Shown here: positions 20,767 through 31,149 of the stretch, one piece after another
Numbering within the stretch: the stretch's first letter is position 1
How the letters are laid out: every line of letters begins with the position of its first letter
Assembly: GCA_945873755.1 (NCBI GenBank)
Contig: CAMCEM010000002.1
Location: forward strand, 3,915 to 67,914
Reading direction: 5' to 3'
Length of the DNA stretch: 64,000 bases
Origin: Chitinophaga pinensis
GTDB lineage: Bacteria > Bacteroidota > Bacteroidia > UKL13-3
Notes under the pieces: generated by a model
What the model was told of the DNA's origin: nothing
Databases searched by the model: none
Seen by the model: only the letters and a program-made list of their open reading frames with translations
Translations under genes and position numbers: made by a program

Positions 20767-21408
20767 TTATTTTGACTTTATTATTTTATTGTTTGCAATA
20801 ATAAAAATTGCTTCTGCTTTTTTATTTTCCATAATTTTTAATCCACTAAAACTACTAAAGGCAGGAAGAATTACATAGTTTTTTGTAAAATAAAAACATG
20901 GGAATTTTAACGATTGTTTTGCCTTTCCTTTTAGTATAATTCCTGGGTGAATGTGACCGTGAATATTAAATAATTCAGCACTTTCCATTGGTTCATGGCT
21001 TAAAATAATTTTATCAATTTTTATTTGATCTAAAACAATAATTCCAGCTTTTTCGAACACTAAATTACCAATTATGTCGTGATTGCCTTTAAGTAAAACA
21101 AATTTAATGGCCTTGTATTTTAAAATAATTGTTTGTAATAATTCCAACTCTGAATTTAACTCAGAATGAAACAAATCGCCAATAAAATAAACAGTATCAG
21201 GATTGGTTTCTTGTAATAAGTTTTCCAAAATTTGGAAATCGTTAGCAGCAACTTCATTGTGTATAGCAATGCCATTTTTTCGAAAATGAGTGGCTTTTCC
21301 AAAATGTAAGTCACCTAAAATTAATGCTTTCTGTTCGAGCCAAAAAATTGCTTTTTGAGGCAATAAAATAAATGTTTGGCCAAATGCAGTATGAGTTAAA
21401 CTACTCAA
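20767..21408 (-). CDS. pdeM: Ligase-associated DNA damage response endonuclease (metallophosphoesterase)
   Basis: DLHFGK, GDLFH, GNHD, HEP, GHIHP, LPAF. Confidence 0.85.
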   Translation of the reverse strand: MSSLTHTAFGQTFILLPQKAIFWLEQKALILGDLHFGKATHFRKNGIAIHNEVAANDFQILENLLQETNPDTVYFIGDLFHSELNSELELLQTIILKYKAIKFVLLKGNHDIIGNLVFEKAGIIVLDQIKIDKIILSHEPMESAELFNIHGHIHPGIILKGKAKQSLKFPCFYFTKNYVILPAFSSFSGLKIMENKKAEAIFIIANNKIIKSK

Positions 21409-22690
21409 CTATACTAATGCTTTTAGGCTTTCTGTTTTTAAAATAAAAATACATCATGACACCTGCTAAAATTAATGCTAATGAAATTAATTCAGCCTGA
21501 GTGGGGTGTATTCCAAATATAGTATAAGTAGTATTTACCCTTATTTTTTCTATTAAAAAACGTTCTATTCCGTTTATAATCATATAAAAACTAATTAATG
21601 TTCCTGGCTTTGTAAATTTTGCTCTGTATTTCCATAATAAAGCAAATAAAATAATGCAAGTAACGGCTTCCCACAAAGCTGTAGGAAATACTGGATTTGG
21701 TAACATATAACAATGTGCACTATTGCAAACCGACATTTGTACACCTGCATTAATAACATTATTGTGGTAATTAAAAGCCCAAAACCAATCGGGTAAAAAA
21801 CTAAACCCTTCAAAATAAACGGCTTTTACATTTTGTACTGCGCCAAATTCATTTATATAATAATTACTATACAAAGGCAACACACTCGATTCAAAATATC
21901 CGGGAGCTGCTTTAAACATATCTCCTGCGCCATTTAACATATATGCCGAATTTACAACTCCCCAATCTCCATCACCACTTAAATGGCAACCTATTCTTCC
22001 AATTCCGTATGCCAACATTAACCCTGGTGCAATGGCATCGGATAAATGTAAAGGATCAATATTATTTTTACGTGCATAATAAATAATACTGACTGCGGCA
22101 AGTATTAAACCACCATAAAAAGTCAATCCACTAAATGAAATTAATGCATTAAAAGGATCAGCCATTAACTCATCAAAGTTTTCTAAATTATGAAATATTT
22201 TAGCACCTAAAATTCCTGATATTGCACCTATAAAAAGAATATTCCACATGTGGTTATGTGGAAACATTTCTTTCTCAATTTCTTTTGGTTCTTTGTCTTT
22301 TAATTTTTTATTGGCACTATAAATTGTGTAATAACCATAAGCCGCTCCTAAAATTAATCCAACCACATTTCCTTTCATTGAAAGTATAAACTCTTGCGGA
22401 TTGTTTACCAATGCTTGATAATTTAAAATACCTTCCAATACTTTAAAACCAATAAACGACCAAGAAATAACAGCTAAAAACGTTTCTGAACTGGTTGCTT
22501 TTTTATTAATCCATACCTTAATTTTAGTGGAATGTAAAAGACCTAAACCTTCTTTTCTCTTTAATTCGCTAACCGCAGTTATAAATGCTGCTGCAAACGA
22601 TAAGCCCATCATTAACCCAAAAGTTTGAATTGGCAAAGGAATATTTATTCCAAAAATTTCTCTTAAAAAATCACTGAATGTAGCGTACAT
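21401..22690 (-). CDS. lgt: Prolipoprotein diacylglyceryl transferase
   Basis: GAKIFH, GLTFYGG, GRIGCHLSGDG, PTALWE, ERFLIEKIR. Confidence 0.9.
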   Translation of the reverse strand: MYATFSDFLREIFGINIPLPIQTFGLMMGLSFAAAFITAVSELKRKEGLGLLHSTKIKVWINKKATSSETFLAVISWSFIGFKVLEGILNYQALVNNPQEFILSMKGNVVGLILGAAYGYYTIYSANKKLKDKEPKEIEKEMFPHNHMWNILFIGAISGILGAKIFHNLENFDELMADPFNALISFSGLTFYGGLILAAVSIIYYARKNNIDPLHLSDAIAPGLMLAYGIGRIGCHLSGDGDWGVVNSAYMLNGAGDMFKAAPGYFESSVLPLYSNYYINEFGAVQNVKAVYFEGFSFLPDWFWAFNYHNNVINAGVQMSVCNSAHCYMLPNPVFPTALWEAVTCIILFALLWKYRAKFTKPGTLISFYMIINGIERFLIEKIRVNTTYTIFGIHPTQAELISLALILAGVMMYFYFKNRKPKSISIVE

Positions 22691-22705
22691 AATTTATTAT
22701 TTTAT

Positions 22706-23497
22706 TTAAAAAACAGATTTAGGAACAGGGAATTCATTGTCTAAATCAGTAAGAATATAAGGTTCAGAATTGGTTATACAAATGGTGTGTTCATACTGCG
22801 CTGAAAGTTTACCATCAATAGTTCTAGCGGTCCATTTGTCTTTTTTATCAATTTTAACCCTAGCTTTACCCGCATTTATCATTGGTTCAATAGTAAAAGT
22901 CATACCTGGAACCATTTCGTGTCCTAAATCTTCAGTTCTGTTGTGACCTACTTCTGGCTCCTCGTGAAATTTTAATCCTACTCCATGACCACAAAATTCA
23001 TAAACTATTGAGTAGCCATAATTTTTAATATACTTATCAATGGCATTACCAATAAAACCTATTCTGTTACCGGCTTTGCATTGACTTATTCCAACTGCTA
23101 AACTTTGTTTGGTTACATCAATTAATTTTTGAGCATATTCACTTATTTGTCCAACCCTATACATTTTAGAAGTATCGCCATAATATCCATTTAATATAGT
23201 GGTAACATCTATGTTTAAAATATCGCCTTCGCGCAAAGTATAAGCACCCGGAATGCCATGGCAAACCACATCGTTAACCGAAATACAGGTTTCGGCAGGA
23301 TAACCTCTGTAGCCTAAAGTTGCAGGTATAGCTTGGTTATCGCGCATAAACTGATTACAAATATCATTTAAGTATTTAGTAGAAACGCCTACTTTTACAA
23401 ATGGTTCAACGTTTTTTAAGGTTTGTGCTGCTAATATTGAACTGGCTTTAATCCCTTCAATTTGTTCAGCTGTTTTTATTATTAATTTCTTCGACAC
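22706..23497 (-). CDS. map: Methionine aminopeptidase type I
   Basis: CISVNDVVCHGIP, IDVT, GDTS, GHGVG, FHEEP, TIEPM, AQYEHT. Confidence 0.95.
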   Translation of the reverse strand: MSKKLIIKTAEQIEGIKASSILAAQTLKNVEPFVKVGVSTKYLNDICNQFMRDNQAIPATLGYRGYPAETCISVNDVVCHGIPGAYTLREGDILNIDVTTILNGYYGDTSKMYRVGQISEYAQKLIDVTKQSLAVGISQCKAGNRIGFIGNAIDKYIKNYGYSIVYEFCGHGVGLKFHEEPEVGHNRTEDLGHEMVPGMTFTIEPMINAGKARVKIDKKDKWTARTIDGKLSAQYEHTICITNSEPYILTDLDNEFPVPKSVF

Positions 23498-23605
23498 TAT
23501 AAAATCATTTTCAAATATTTGGGCGAAAGTAAGTTAAAATAGAGGGTTTTACAATGATAAGTTTAAACAAAAAATAGTTTTTATCATTCATAAATCTTTT
23601 TACAT

Positions 23606-24769
23606 TTGTTAAAAAAAGCCATGAAACTACTTTTACAAAAAACAATCATTTTAGTAGGCATTTTCTTCTATTCTTTTATTGCGCATGCACAAATTGATGC
23701 TGCTAGTTTTATAAGAACTGGAAAAGATGAAGCAAATAAATTATTTGGGGCTTACTTACAACCAGTATCGCAAGGTTTGGCTAGCGGTGTTAACGATGCT
23801 TGGTATGCAACTGCTAAACCACTTGGTTTTGGAGGATTTGATATAAAAATAGGCTTTGGTGCTTCGTTGGTAAATAATGAATCGAAAAGCTTTACACTTG
23901 CTAGTATTGGTGCAAATACTGACCCTAAAAGTACTTTTTTAATTTCGCCAATTGGTGGCAATATAAATACCAAACAACCAACAATAGTTGGCGATGGTAT
24001 GAGTTCACGTTTTGCCATTTCAACTATTAATCCGTTAGATAGCTCACAAAGATTTTTTGTTGATACAATTAGTCCTTTTGAAGGAACTGGCAGTATTCTT
24101 TCATTAGGAACAACTCCTTTTTTACAGCTAAGTGTTGGTTTAATAAAAGGAACTGAAATTATGATTAGGTTATTGCCTATTCAAAATGGCGATTTTAAAT
24201 CGAGTGGATTTGGATTTGGAATTAAACATTCTTTATCGCAGTGGATTTGGGGCGTTGAAAAACTTCCAATAGATATTTCGGGTATTTTTAGTTTCAATAC
24301 CAATAATTTAGAGCTTTCGTTTGGGAATAATTTTTTAGATGCCAATGGTTCATTACCTGGCAGCTTACCTAGTAGCACTTATAAAAACTCGCAAAAACTG
24401 ACAATCAATAATGTTGGTTATCAATATGGTTTAATAGTATCGAAAAAATTAAGCATTTTTACTCCTTATTTAGGAGTTACTTATAACAGCGCTTCCTCTG
24501 AAATTGCTATGAAAGGAATTTATCCTGTACAATCGATAAGAGTAACAAATAACGCCCCCGAAGAATATACTGAAAACATTACTGACCCAATAAAAATACC
24601 GTCAAAAATAGCAGATTCATATAGGGCTACATTAGGATTTAGGTTGAAATTTGGTCCAATTGCTTGGGGAGTAGAATACAATCACTCGTTTTCTGAAAAA
24701 CAGTTCAATACTTTTAATGCTACTCTTGCCATAAATATTCAACAACTAGCACCTATTTTTAAATTGTAA
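23606..24769 (+). CDS. Putative outer-membrane protein (DUF6588-like)
   Basis: Signal peptide; W..TAK..GFD, PFLQLSVG, EIMIRLLP, GFGIKH, SKKLS. Confidence 0.65.
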   Translation: MLKKAMKLLLQKTIILVGIFFYSFIAHAQIDAASFIRTGKDEANKLFGAYLQPVSQGLASGVNDAWYATAKPLGFGGFDIKIGFGASLVNNESKSFTLASIGANTDPKSTFLISPIGGNINTKQPTIVGDGMSSRFAISTINPLDSSQRFFVDTISPFEGTGSILSLGTTPFLQLSVGLIKGTEIMIRLLPIQNGDFKSSGFGFGIKHSLSQWIWGVEKLPIDISGIFSFNTNNLELSFGNNFLDANGSLPGSLPSSTYKNSQKLTINNVGYQYGLIVSKKLSIFTPYLGVTYNSASSEIAMKGIYPVQSIRVTNNAPEEYTENITDPIKIPSKIADSYRATLGFRLKFGPIAWGVEYNHSFSEKQFNTFNATLAINIQQLAPIFKL

Positions 24770-24811
24770 TTAAGGAATGAATTTTAATTGTATTTATTAA
24801 TTCTTTTTTTA

Positions 24812-25171
24812 ATGAACGATATAGAAACCGAAAACGACATTGACCTTTTAGTTGAAAAATTTTATGCTAAAATTCAACTCAATGAAAACTTAGCTCCATT
24901 TTTTGTAAACACCAATTGGAAGCATCACTTACCTCGAATGAAAGCCTTTTGGTATTTTATTTTATTAGACAAACCTGGTTTTAAGGGAAATATTTACGAT
25001 TCGCATGTTAACAGAAATATAAAAACAGCACATTTTGAGTATTGGGTGGAGCTGTTTATTGAAACAGTAAGCGATAATTTTAAGGGTGAAATAGCCACCA
25101 AAGCCATTGATAAAGCCAAAGAACTTTCTATTTTATTTAGCTGGAAACTAGCAGAAACTGAAGGCAAATAA
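24812..25171 (+). CDS. Group III truncated hemoglobin
   Basis: DI...DI..LV..FY, HLPRMKAFW, HFEYWVELF; likely start MNDIE. Confidence 0.85.
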   Translation: MNDIETENDIDLLVEKFYAKIQLNENLAPFFVNTNWKHHLPRMKAFWYFILLDKPGFKGNIYDSHVNRNIKTAHFEYWVELFIETVSDNFKGEIATKAIDKAKELSILFSWKLAETEGK

Positions 25172-25236
25172 TTTAAATAAATTTCATTTAAAATTTATTT
25201 AGAAAATCTGTATGTTAGTACCAAATTTTTTTAAAG

Positions 25237-26364
25237 TTGGTAAAACACAAATTGCATATCATTCTATTTATTTTTTCTATAATTATTTATAGCAAAAACG
25301 GGTATGCGCAGCCAACTGTTTTGGGCACCGATGCAAGAAATTTTAATTTTTACGAAAGGTTTAACTTAAACAATTTTGGAAAATTAAAACAATATAGATT
25401 TCAATCTTTAGTTAGTTCTTCAGCTGGAGCTGCATTATGGGAATTTCCGAGTGGAGATTCTATTACCCCTAATTACAATATTATTTGGAGACCATATTTT
25501 GCAAATCAAACCATATTTGCATTCGATTCAATAATTTATCCTAATTCTACCCCAATAGTAGGTGCAATGTATAATAACAATTCAACTCCTCCATTTGCAA
25601 ATGGTAATACAGGAAAACTTCCTGCAATTACAGCAAATAGGTACTACACTTTTAATGTGGGCGACTCCACAGGCAATAATTACATGGCAGTTTGGGAAAC
25701 CACTTTTAATCCAACAGTAATTTCGGTAGTTACTCAAAATCCAACAATTGTTTGCCAAGGTGGTGATTCAGTTTCGGTAAATGTAACCTCAAACCAAAGT
25801 TTAAATAGTACCGAAAATGCATATTTAAGGTATTCATTGAGCAGTAACTTTACTACATCAAAATTAGTTCCTATCAATTTTTCAGGTACTGCTGGAATAG
25901 CAAAAATACCAACACCAAGTGCAACTGATACAGTTCGTTTTTATGTATTTACCTCAAAATACAGTTTAACAAAATTAGCACCAAGTGGAATTGTAAATGA
26001 AAGGTATTGCGATATGAGCACATTAACAATAAACAATAATAGCAATAGCAATTACAGCTTTATAGTTATAAATGCCGCTGTTCATAATGTTTCATTTAGC
26101 ACCATCGATTTTTGTGTGGGATTGCCTACCACCTTTACTAATTCCTCATCAATATCAAGCGGAAGTATAGCTAGTTATGATTGGGTATTTGGCGATGGAA
26201 ATACTTCAACCAATTCAGCATCATCTTTTACAAAAACATATAACAGTACAGGAAGTTATTCTGCAACTCTGACTGCTACCAGTAGTTTGGGTTGCCAAAA
26301 AACAAGTACACAAAATATAACAATTAATCCATTACCAACAGTAAACGCAATCAATTCAAATTAA
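25237..26364 (+). CDS. Secreted PKD-domain protein
   Basis: Signal peptide; FTNSS...YDWVFGDG...Y...GSY..TLT; ends INPLPTVNAINSN. Confidence 0.75.
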   Translation: MVKHKLHIILFIFSIIIYSKNGYAQPTVLGTDARNFNFYERFNLNNFGKLKQYRFQSLVSSSAGAALWEFPSGDSITPNYNIIWRPYFANQTIFAFDSIIYPNSTPIVGAMYNNNSTPPFANGNTGKLPAITANRYYTFNVGDSTGNNYMAVWETTFNPTVISVVTQNPTIVCQGGDSVSVNVTSNQSLNSTENAYLRYSLSSNFTTSKLVPINFSGTAGIAKIPTPSATDTVRFYVFTSKYSLTKLAPSGIVNERYCDMSTLTINNNSNSNYSFIVINAAVHNVSFSTIDFCVGLPTTFTNSSSISSGSIASYDWVFGDGNTSTNSASSFTKTYNSTGSYSATLTATSSLGCQKTSTQNITINPLPTVNAINSN

Positions 26365-26377
26365 AAAAAATACAGTT

Positions 26378-27139
26378 ATGAAAATCAATTTAAATTTTAA
26401 AACATCAATACTTTTTATAGTATTACTTTTAGTTAGCTTTTTAGCTAATGCACAAAAAAAAATGTGGACAGGAAAAAGCTATAATTTTACAATCAACGAT
26501 GCTACTAATGTTGGTTCTACTAAAGCTTGGACTTTACAAGGATTGCAAGGTGCTAACTTAATTGGAGGAAGCACAACTACCAACACAGCGTCTTACACCA
26601 ATACTTTTACATTAACAGGTTCATCTGCATTAACTGACACATTGCAAGTATCTGAAACTCTAACAAATTGTGTAACTACAAATAAATTAGGAATTACTGT
26701 ATTTCCCCTTCCAATTTTAGACTCTTCAATAACTAATACTTCTTGTGCAACTCAGGCAAGTGTTCCAACTACTTTAGCAGCAAAAGTTAATAATTTTAGT
26801 AATGTTAAATCAATTACATCAACCAATTTTACATTAACTTATCAATTGTATGATGGTTCAAATAACCCAATATCTGGAATAACGGGAACCTTAACTTTAC
26901 CTGCTGGAACAGCAACAATAGATAGTGTTTCTTTAAGTACCATTCAAATTGGTAATTTATATACTTACTTAAATGCTGTTACAACAATAGCAGGAACATA
27001 TAAATTAAAAATAAATAATTTTCAAACACCATTAACACCACCTTCAACAGAAGCAGGCGCAGTTTCATCTATTTTTGCAACAATAAGAACATTTGTAATA
27101 AACGGTTTACCTGTTTCTAACCCAATTATTGCTAACTAA
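26378..27139 (+). CDS. Secreted Thr-rich Ig-like protein
   Basis: Signal peptide; ends INGLPVSNPIIAN. Confidence 0.7.
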   Translation: MKINLNFKTSILFIVLLLVSFLANAQKKMWTGKSYNFTINDATNVGSTKAWTLQGLQGANLIGGSTTTNTASYTNTFTLTGSSALTDTLQVSETLTNCVTTNKLGITVFPLPILDSSITNTSCATQASVPTTLAAKVNNFSNVKSITSTNFTLTYQLYDGSNNPISGITGTLTLPAGTATIDSVSLSTIQIGNLYTYLNAVTTIAGTYKLKINNFQTPLTPPSTEAGAVSSIFATIRTFVINGLPVSNPIIAN

Positions 27140-28184
27140 AAAAAAGCTTTCACTGAAATTTAAATTATTAATATTATTTTTAAGTTTTACTTTATTTACT
27201 TCACTTAAAAGCAAAGCACAATACATTGATACGGTATGTGCTGGCGAAACAAATGTGAGGTACAAAGTAGCTTTAACTCCTGGTTCAACTTTTGTTTGGC
27301 AGGTGAACGGAGGAACTATTGCCAACGGACAAGGAACAAATGATATAGGAATAGATTGGGGTTTGATTCCAGGAATTTATGATTTAACAGTTACCGAATC
27401 AAATGCATCAAATTGTGTGGGTGATGAAATTTTAGTAAAAATATTAATTCAAACAAAACCTGTTGCTACTATCTCTGGGCCAGATACCGTTTGTGTGGGA
27501 CAAGACTTTACCTTACAAGCATTTGGAGGACAAAATTATTTGTGGAGCAATGGCAATACTGGCAATGCGCTTTTTCAAAAAATAACTCAATCAACGCAAT
27601 ATTATGTAATAGGAAAAAATTTAGTTTGCGACACTGATACTGCATTTAAAAACGTATTTGCTGCACCAAAACCAAGTGCTAATTTTAACTTAAACATTAA
27701 TGATGATTGGATAAAAGGCGATGAAATAGTTTTTACAGCTACAGACCAAAGTATATCTAAATGGATTTGGGAACTGAATGGAAACAGTTTAAACCAAAAC
27801 CAAAATCAAATAAAATATACTTTTAATACAACAGGAAATTATACGATGTTTTTAACAGCCTTCAATAGTTTTAATTGTTCCGACACTTTTTCTATAAACA
27901 GAAATGTTTTTGATAGATTAGATATTTATGTACCAACCGCATTTACACCAAATAACGACTTTTTAAACGATGTATTTGAACCTGTTGGTGTCAATTATTC
28001 AACTTATACTTTATACATTTACGACCATTTTGGTGGCTTACTGTATGAAGGAATAGATAAAGGTTGGGATGGAAACTACAAAGGAAACTTAATGCCTTCG
28101 GCCAATTATTCGTATAAAATTAACTTTACTAAATTAAACGGAAAAAGAAAATTGGTTGATGGAAATGTAATGTTGGTGAATTAA
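27129..28184 (+). CDS. PKD/Ig protein with T9SS type B (gliding motility-associated) C-terminal domain
   Basis: IYVPTAFTPNND..ND.F, IYD..G, GWDG, Y.Y. Confidence 0.88.
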   Translation: MLTKKKLSLKFKLLILFLSFTLFTSLKSKAQYIDTVCAGETNVRYKVALTPGSTFVWQVNGGTIANGQGTNDIGIDWGLIPGIYDLTVTESNASNCVGDEILVKILIQTKPVATISGPDTVCVGQDFTLQAFGGQNYLWSNGNTGNALFQKITQSTQYYVIGKNLVCDTDTAFKNVFAAPKPSANFNLNINDDWIKGDEIVFTATDQSISKWIWELNGNSLNQNQNQIKYTFNTTGNYTMFLTAFNSFNCSDTFSINRNVFDRLDIYVPTAFTPNNDFLNDVFEPVGVNYSTYTLYIYDHFGGLLYEGIDKGWDGNYKGNLMPSANYSYKINFTKLNGKRKLVDGNVMLVN

Positions 28185-29584
28185 TCAGTTAAATAAATAT
28201 GACTAATTGTAGCACTGTCACCAGGTTTTGGAGTTAGCTCCATCATATATACCAAATAAAATTTTTTAAGTTGTAAATGATGGTATGTTTTATTGGCATC
28301 ATGTCTTTTTAAAATATACTCTTTTAAAGGTTTTCTTAACCAAGTTCTATCGGCCAAAACAATGTACTCATTGTACTTTCTCCACCTGTCGTTTCTTATA
28401 GTACTTAATATATTATCAGGTTTTGTATAAGTTATTTTACTGTAATTGTTATTCAAATCTAAAGAGTCGCCATTGGTTGTAATTGCTTCGTAAATAAACC
28501 AGCCATCGTCTTTAAACACTGAGGGAGCAAACATTCCCCAATTTTGATTGATACCCAAAGGATAGGCAAATACTTTTAATTTTTTGGCAATGCCATATTT
28601 TAATTGAGGTATGTAAGTAGTGTTCCAAATAAGCACATATAATAAAATAAATCCAACCATTTTATTTTTAATAGGTGAGGTTATTAAAGGTTCGTTGAGA
28701 TGAACTGTTTTACATTTAAAATAATTAAAAACAAAACTGGGTAAAAACGGAATTAATGCAATTAAATTAAATAGAAAAAATAAGCCAACAAATAGCGTGG
28801 AAGCAATGCCTATTTGAAATAAACACAAAATTATGATTCCTATAAACCGAAATCGGTTATTATAAATTGGGATAAAAAATAAAAGGGGAACTAATAGTTC
28901 TAAATAAAAAACTACATGCGTTAATACTTTTAATAATGCAGGAAAGTTTAACAAATATTTGGCCAAAGGCCATTGAATAAAATCTAAGTTAAAGGCATAA
29001 TACAAAGCAGTTCCATCGCTGTGCCACTCAGTTGAAGTTTTCATAAGTGCTGAAACCCAATATACCATCATAACCTGAAACATAAGCACCAATATAGGTA
29101 TGTTAAATTGGGTATTTACTGCTTTTTTTTGTATGGCATATGTGGCATTTAAAGGAATAAACAAAGTAAAAAATAGCATGCACCTCAATAAATCATCGCC
29201 ACCTTGCAACAAGTAAGGATTGCGCATGTGTAAACTTATGTAAAAAAGTAAAGTAATGACTTGAAATAATTTTATTTTATAGCCAATGGTAAAACAGAAA
29301 ACAGCTCCTAAATGCAATGCAAAACAAACACCAACAAACCAAGGAGAATCGTTAAGTTGATAAATAGGAACATACAAATATTTATCGAAAAACTGAATTA
29401 AATAGTTGTAAGGCAGCACACCATCTTGCGTATAAAATGCTTTAAAATCGCTCAAGCGAATGCATAAATCCAAAAGCATTGCAAAGCCAAACGCTATGCG
29501 AAAAAAAGCCAAAGCCCTTACATCAAATTGAAAAGAATTGCTTAGTTTTTGAGAAAGGTTTTGTATGTCAAATATTTTTTTCAA
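28181..29584 (-). CDS. HTTM-domain membrane protein
   Basis: RALAFFRI, RNP...GGD, K...W..GTA, QNWGMFAP, RWRKY. Confidence 0.8.
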   Translation of the reverse strand: MKKIFDIQNLSQKLSNSFQFDVRALAFFRIAFGFAMLLDLCIRLSDFKAFYTQDGVLPYNYLIQFFDKYLYVPIYQLNDSPWFVGVCFALHLGAVFCFTIGYKIKLFQVITLLFYISLHMRNPYLLQGGDDLLRCMLFFTLFIPLNATYAIQKKAVNTQFNIPILVLMFQVMMVYWVSALMKTSTEWHSDGTALYYAFNLDFIQWPLAKYLLNFPALLKVLTHVVFYLELLVPLLFFIPIYNNRFRFIGIIILCLFQIGIASTLFVGLFFLFNLIALIPFLPSFVFNYFKCKTVHLNEPLITSPIKNKMVGFILLYVLIWNTTYIPQLKYGIAKKLKVFAYPLGINQNWGMFAPSVFKDDGWFIYEAITTNGDSLDLNNNYSKITYTKPDNILSTIRNDRWRKYNEYIVLADRTWLRKPLKEYILKRHDANKTYHHLQLKKFYLVYMMELTPKPGDSATISHIYLTD

Positions 29585-29796
29585 TCAAGTAAATTTGAAA
29601 AACAAGTATAGTTGTTTTGAACAACGTTTTTTAATAAAAGCCATGATAAAATTTGGAAAATTTTCAAATATATCGCATTTACTAGAGGTTGGATAAAAAC
29701 ACTATGTGTCAAATCGATAAACAATAAAAGAACAACTCCGAAGGAGTTGAATATGAGTAGCCACCATTAAAACTGGTGGTATTAAAAAATAATGAT

Positions 29797-29858
29797 ACAA
29801 AAATCCCAAAATATTTGCAAAAAGCGAATGCTTTTTGCAAATATTTTGGGATTTTTGT
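29797..29858. repeat. Perfect 29-bp inverted repeat with a 4-nt loop
   Basis: ACAAAAATCCCAAAATATTTGCAAAAAGC-GAAT-GCTTTTTGCAAATATTTTGGGATTTTTGT. Confidence 0.95.
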
Positions 29859-29987
29859 GTAGGAGATTACATAATTTTTCAACGGGTTAAAACCCGTTGC
29901 TATATATCGTTTCAATGAAACTATAAAACTAAAATTAAGTTGAAGCATTTGGTGAAAACTCAACCATATGAAAAATGACTTTCAAAA

Positions 29988-30027
29988 ACTTAAACACATA
30001 AACACTTAACAACTTAAGCACTTAAAT
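29988..30027. repeat. Five degenerate octamers overlapping the GT4 stop codon
   Basis: ACTTAAAC ACATAAAC ACTTAACA ACTTAAGC ACTTAAAT. Confidence 0.75.
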
Positions 30028-31149
30028 ATCCATCAACTGTTCGGTTAAATATTTCCAAGTAAATTTTTGCTTTTCAACTTCAATGTTTGCAGTAAATTCT
30101 ACCTCTTTATTTTGTTCGTAATAATTTGAAATGGCATTGGCAATTTCATACTCATTGCGCTCCACCACATACCCAACTACATGATTAGGAACCAACTCAG
30201 CCAAGCCACCTACATTGGTTACTAGCATTGGTTTATTGTAATAATAGGCTATTTGAGTAACGCCACTTTGCGTGGCAGTTATATATGTTTGCACAATTAA
30301 ATCGGCAGCCGAAAAATAAATGCCTACTTCGTTATTTGGAATAAAATCAGTTCTTAAAATCACACTGTTTTCCAAACCTAAATTTTTTATTTGTTGCAAA
30401 TAAGGTTCACTGTTTTCGTAAAACTCCCCTGCAACTATAAGCTTTAAATTGGGGTGAGATTGTTGCAATAAAACAAAACTATTTAATAATAAAGAAAGTC
30501 CTTTATACTTTCTAATAAATCCAAAAAACAAAAGATAGTCACAATTTTCATCTAACCCTAATTGCTTTTTGGCTTCTTGTTTATTAACCAAAGGGCCAAA
30601 CATATCGTACATGGGATGGGCCACATACTTTTTAGGCTTGCCTTTGCAAAACAAATCAACATGTCCATAAACCTCTCTGCTCATGGCTAAAAAACCATTA
30701 CAAGCATCTAAAAAATATTGTGTAAAAGCATTGTCGTAAAACTGTTGCTCATGAGGAATAATATTATCCGTAATGGTTATTATTTTAGTTTTACCATTGG
30801 CTTTTATTAATCTAGCAATGGTTCCAAAAGCAGGAGCCATAAAACTCATCCAATACCTAAAAACAACTAAATCGTATTGCTTGTTTTTTAATTTATTTCC
30901 AACCAAAAACCAATTGAATGGATTGATAGAATTGATAATAGAATGAATGGTAATATCGGTTGGCTTTGGGTCGTCACTTAATTGTGTTTTACCCGGAAAT
31001 AAAAACTTTGGATATTGCAAACTAAAACTAACAATTTCACATTCGTGTCCTTGTTCAATAAATGCTCTGCACAATCTTTCATTATAAGTGGCCAAGCCAC
31101 CTCTTAAAGGCCAAGCCGGACCAACAATTAGTATTTTTTTCTTATTCAT
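30022..31149 (-). CDS. Glycosyltransferase family 4
   Basis: GPAWPLRGG, FFGFIRKYKGL, ATQSGV, TNVGGL; likely start MNKKK. Confidence 0.9.
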   Translation of the reverse strand: MNKKKILIVGPAWPLRGGLATYNERLCRAFIEQGHECEIVSFSLQYPKFLFPGKTQLSDDPKPTDITIHSIINSINPFNWFLVGNKLKNKQYDLVVFRYWMSFMAPAFGTIARLIKANGKTKIITITDNIIPHEQQFYDNAFTQYFLDACNGFLAMSREVYGHVDLFCKGKPKKYVAHPMYDMFGPLVNKQEAKKQLGLDENCDYLLFFGFIRKYKGLSLLLNSFVLLQQSHPNLKLIVAGEFYENSEPYLQQIKNLGLENSVILRTDFIPNNEVGIYFSAADLIVQTYITATQSGVTQIAYYYNKPMLVTNVGGLAELVPNHVVGYVVERNEYEIANAISNYYEQNKEVEFTANIEVEKQKFTWKYLTEQLMDI

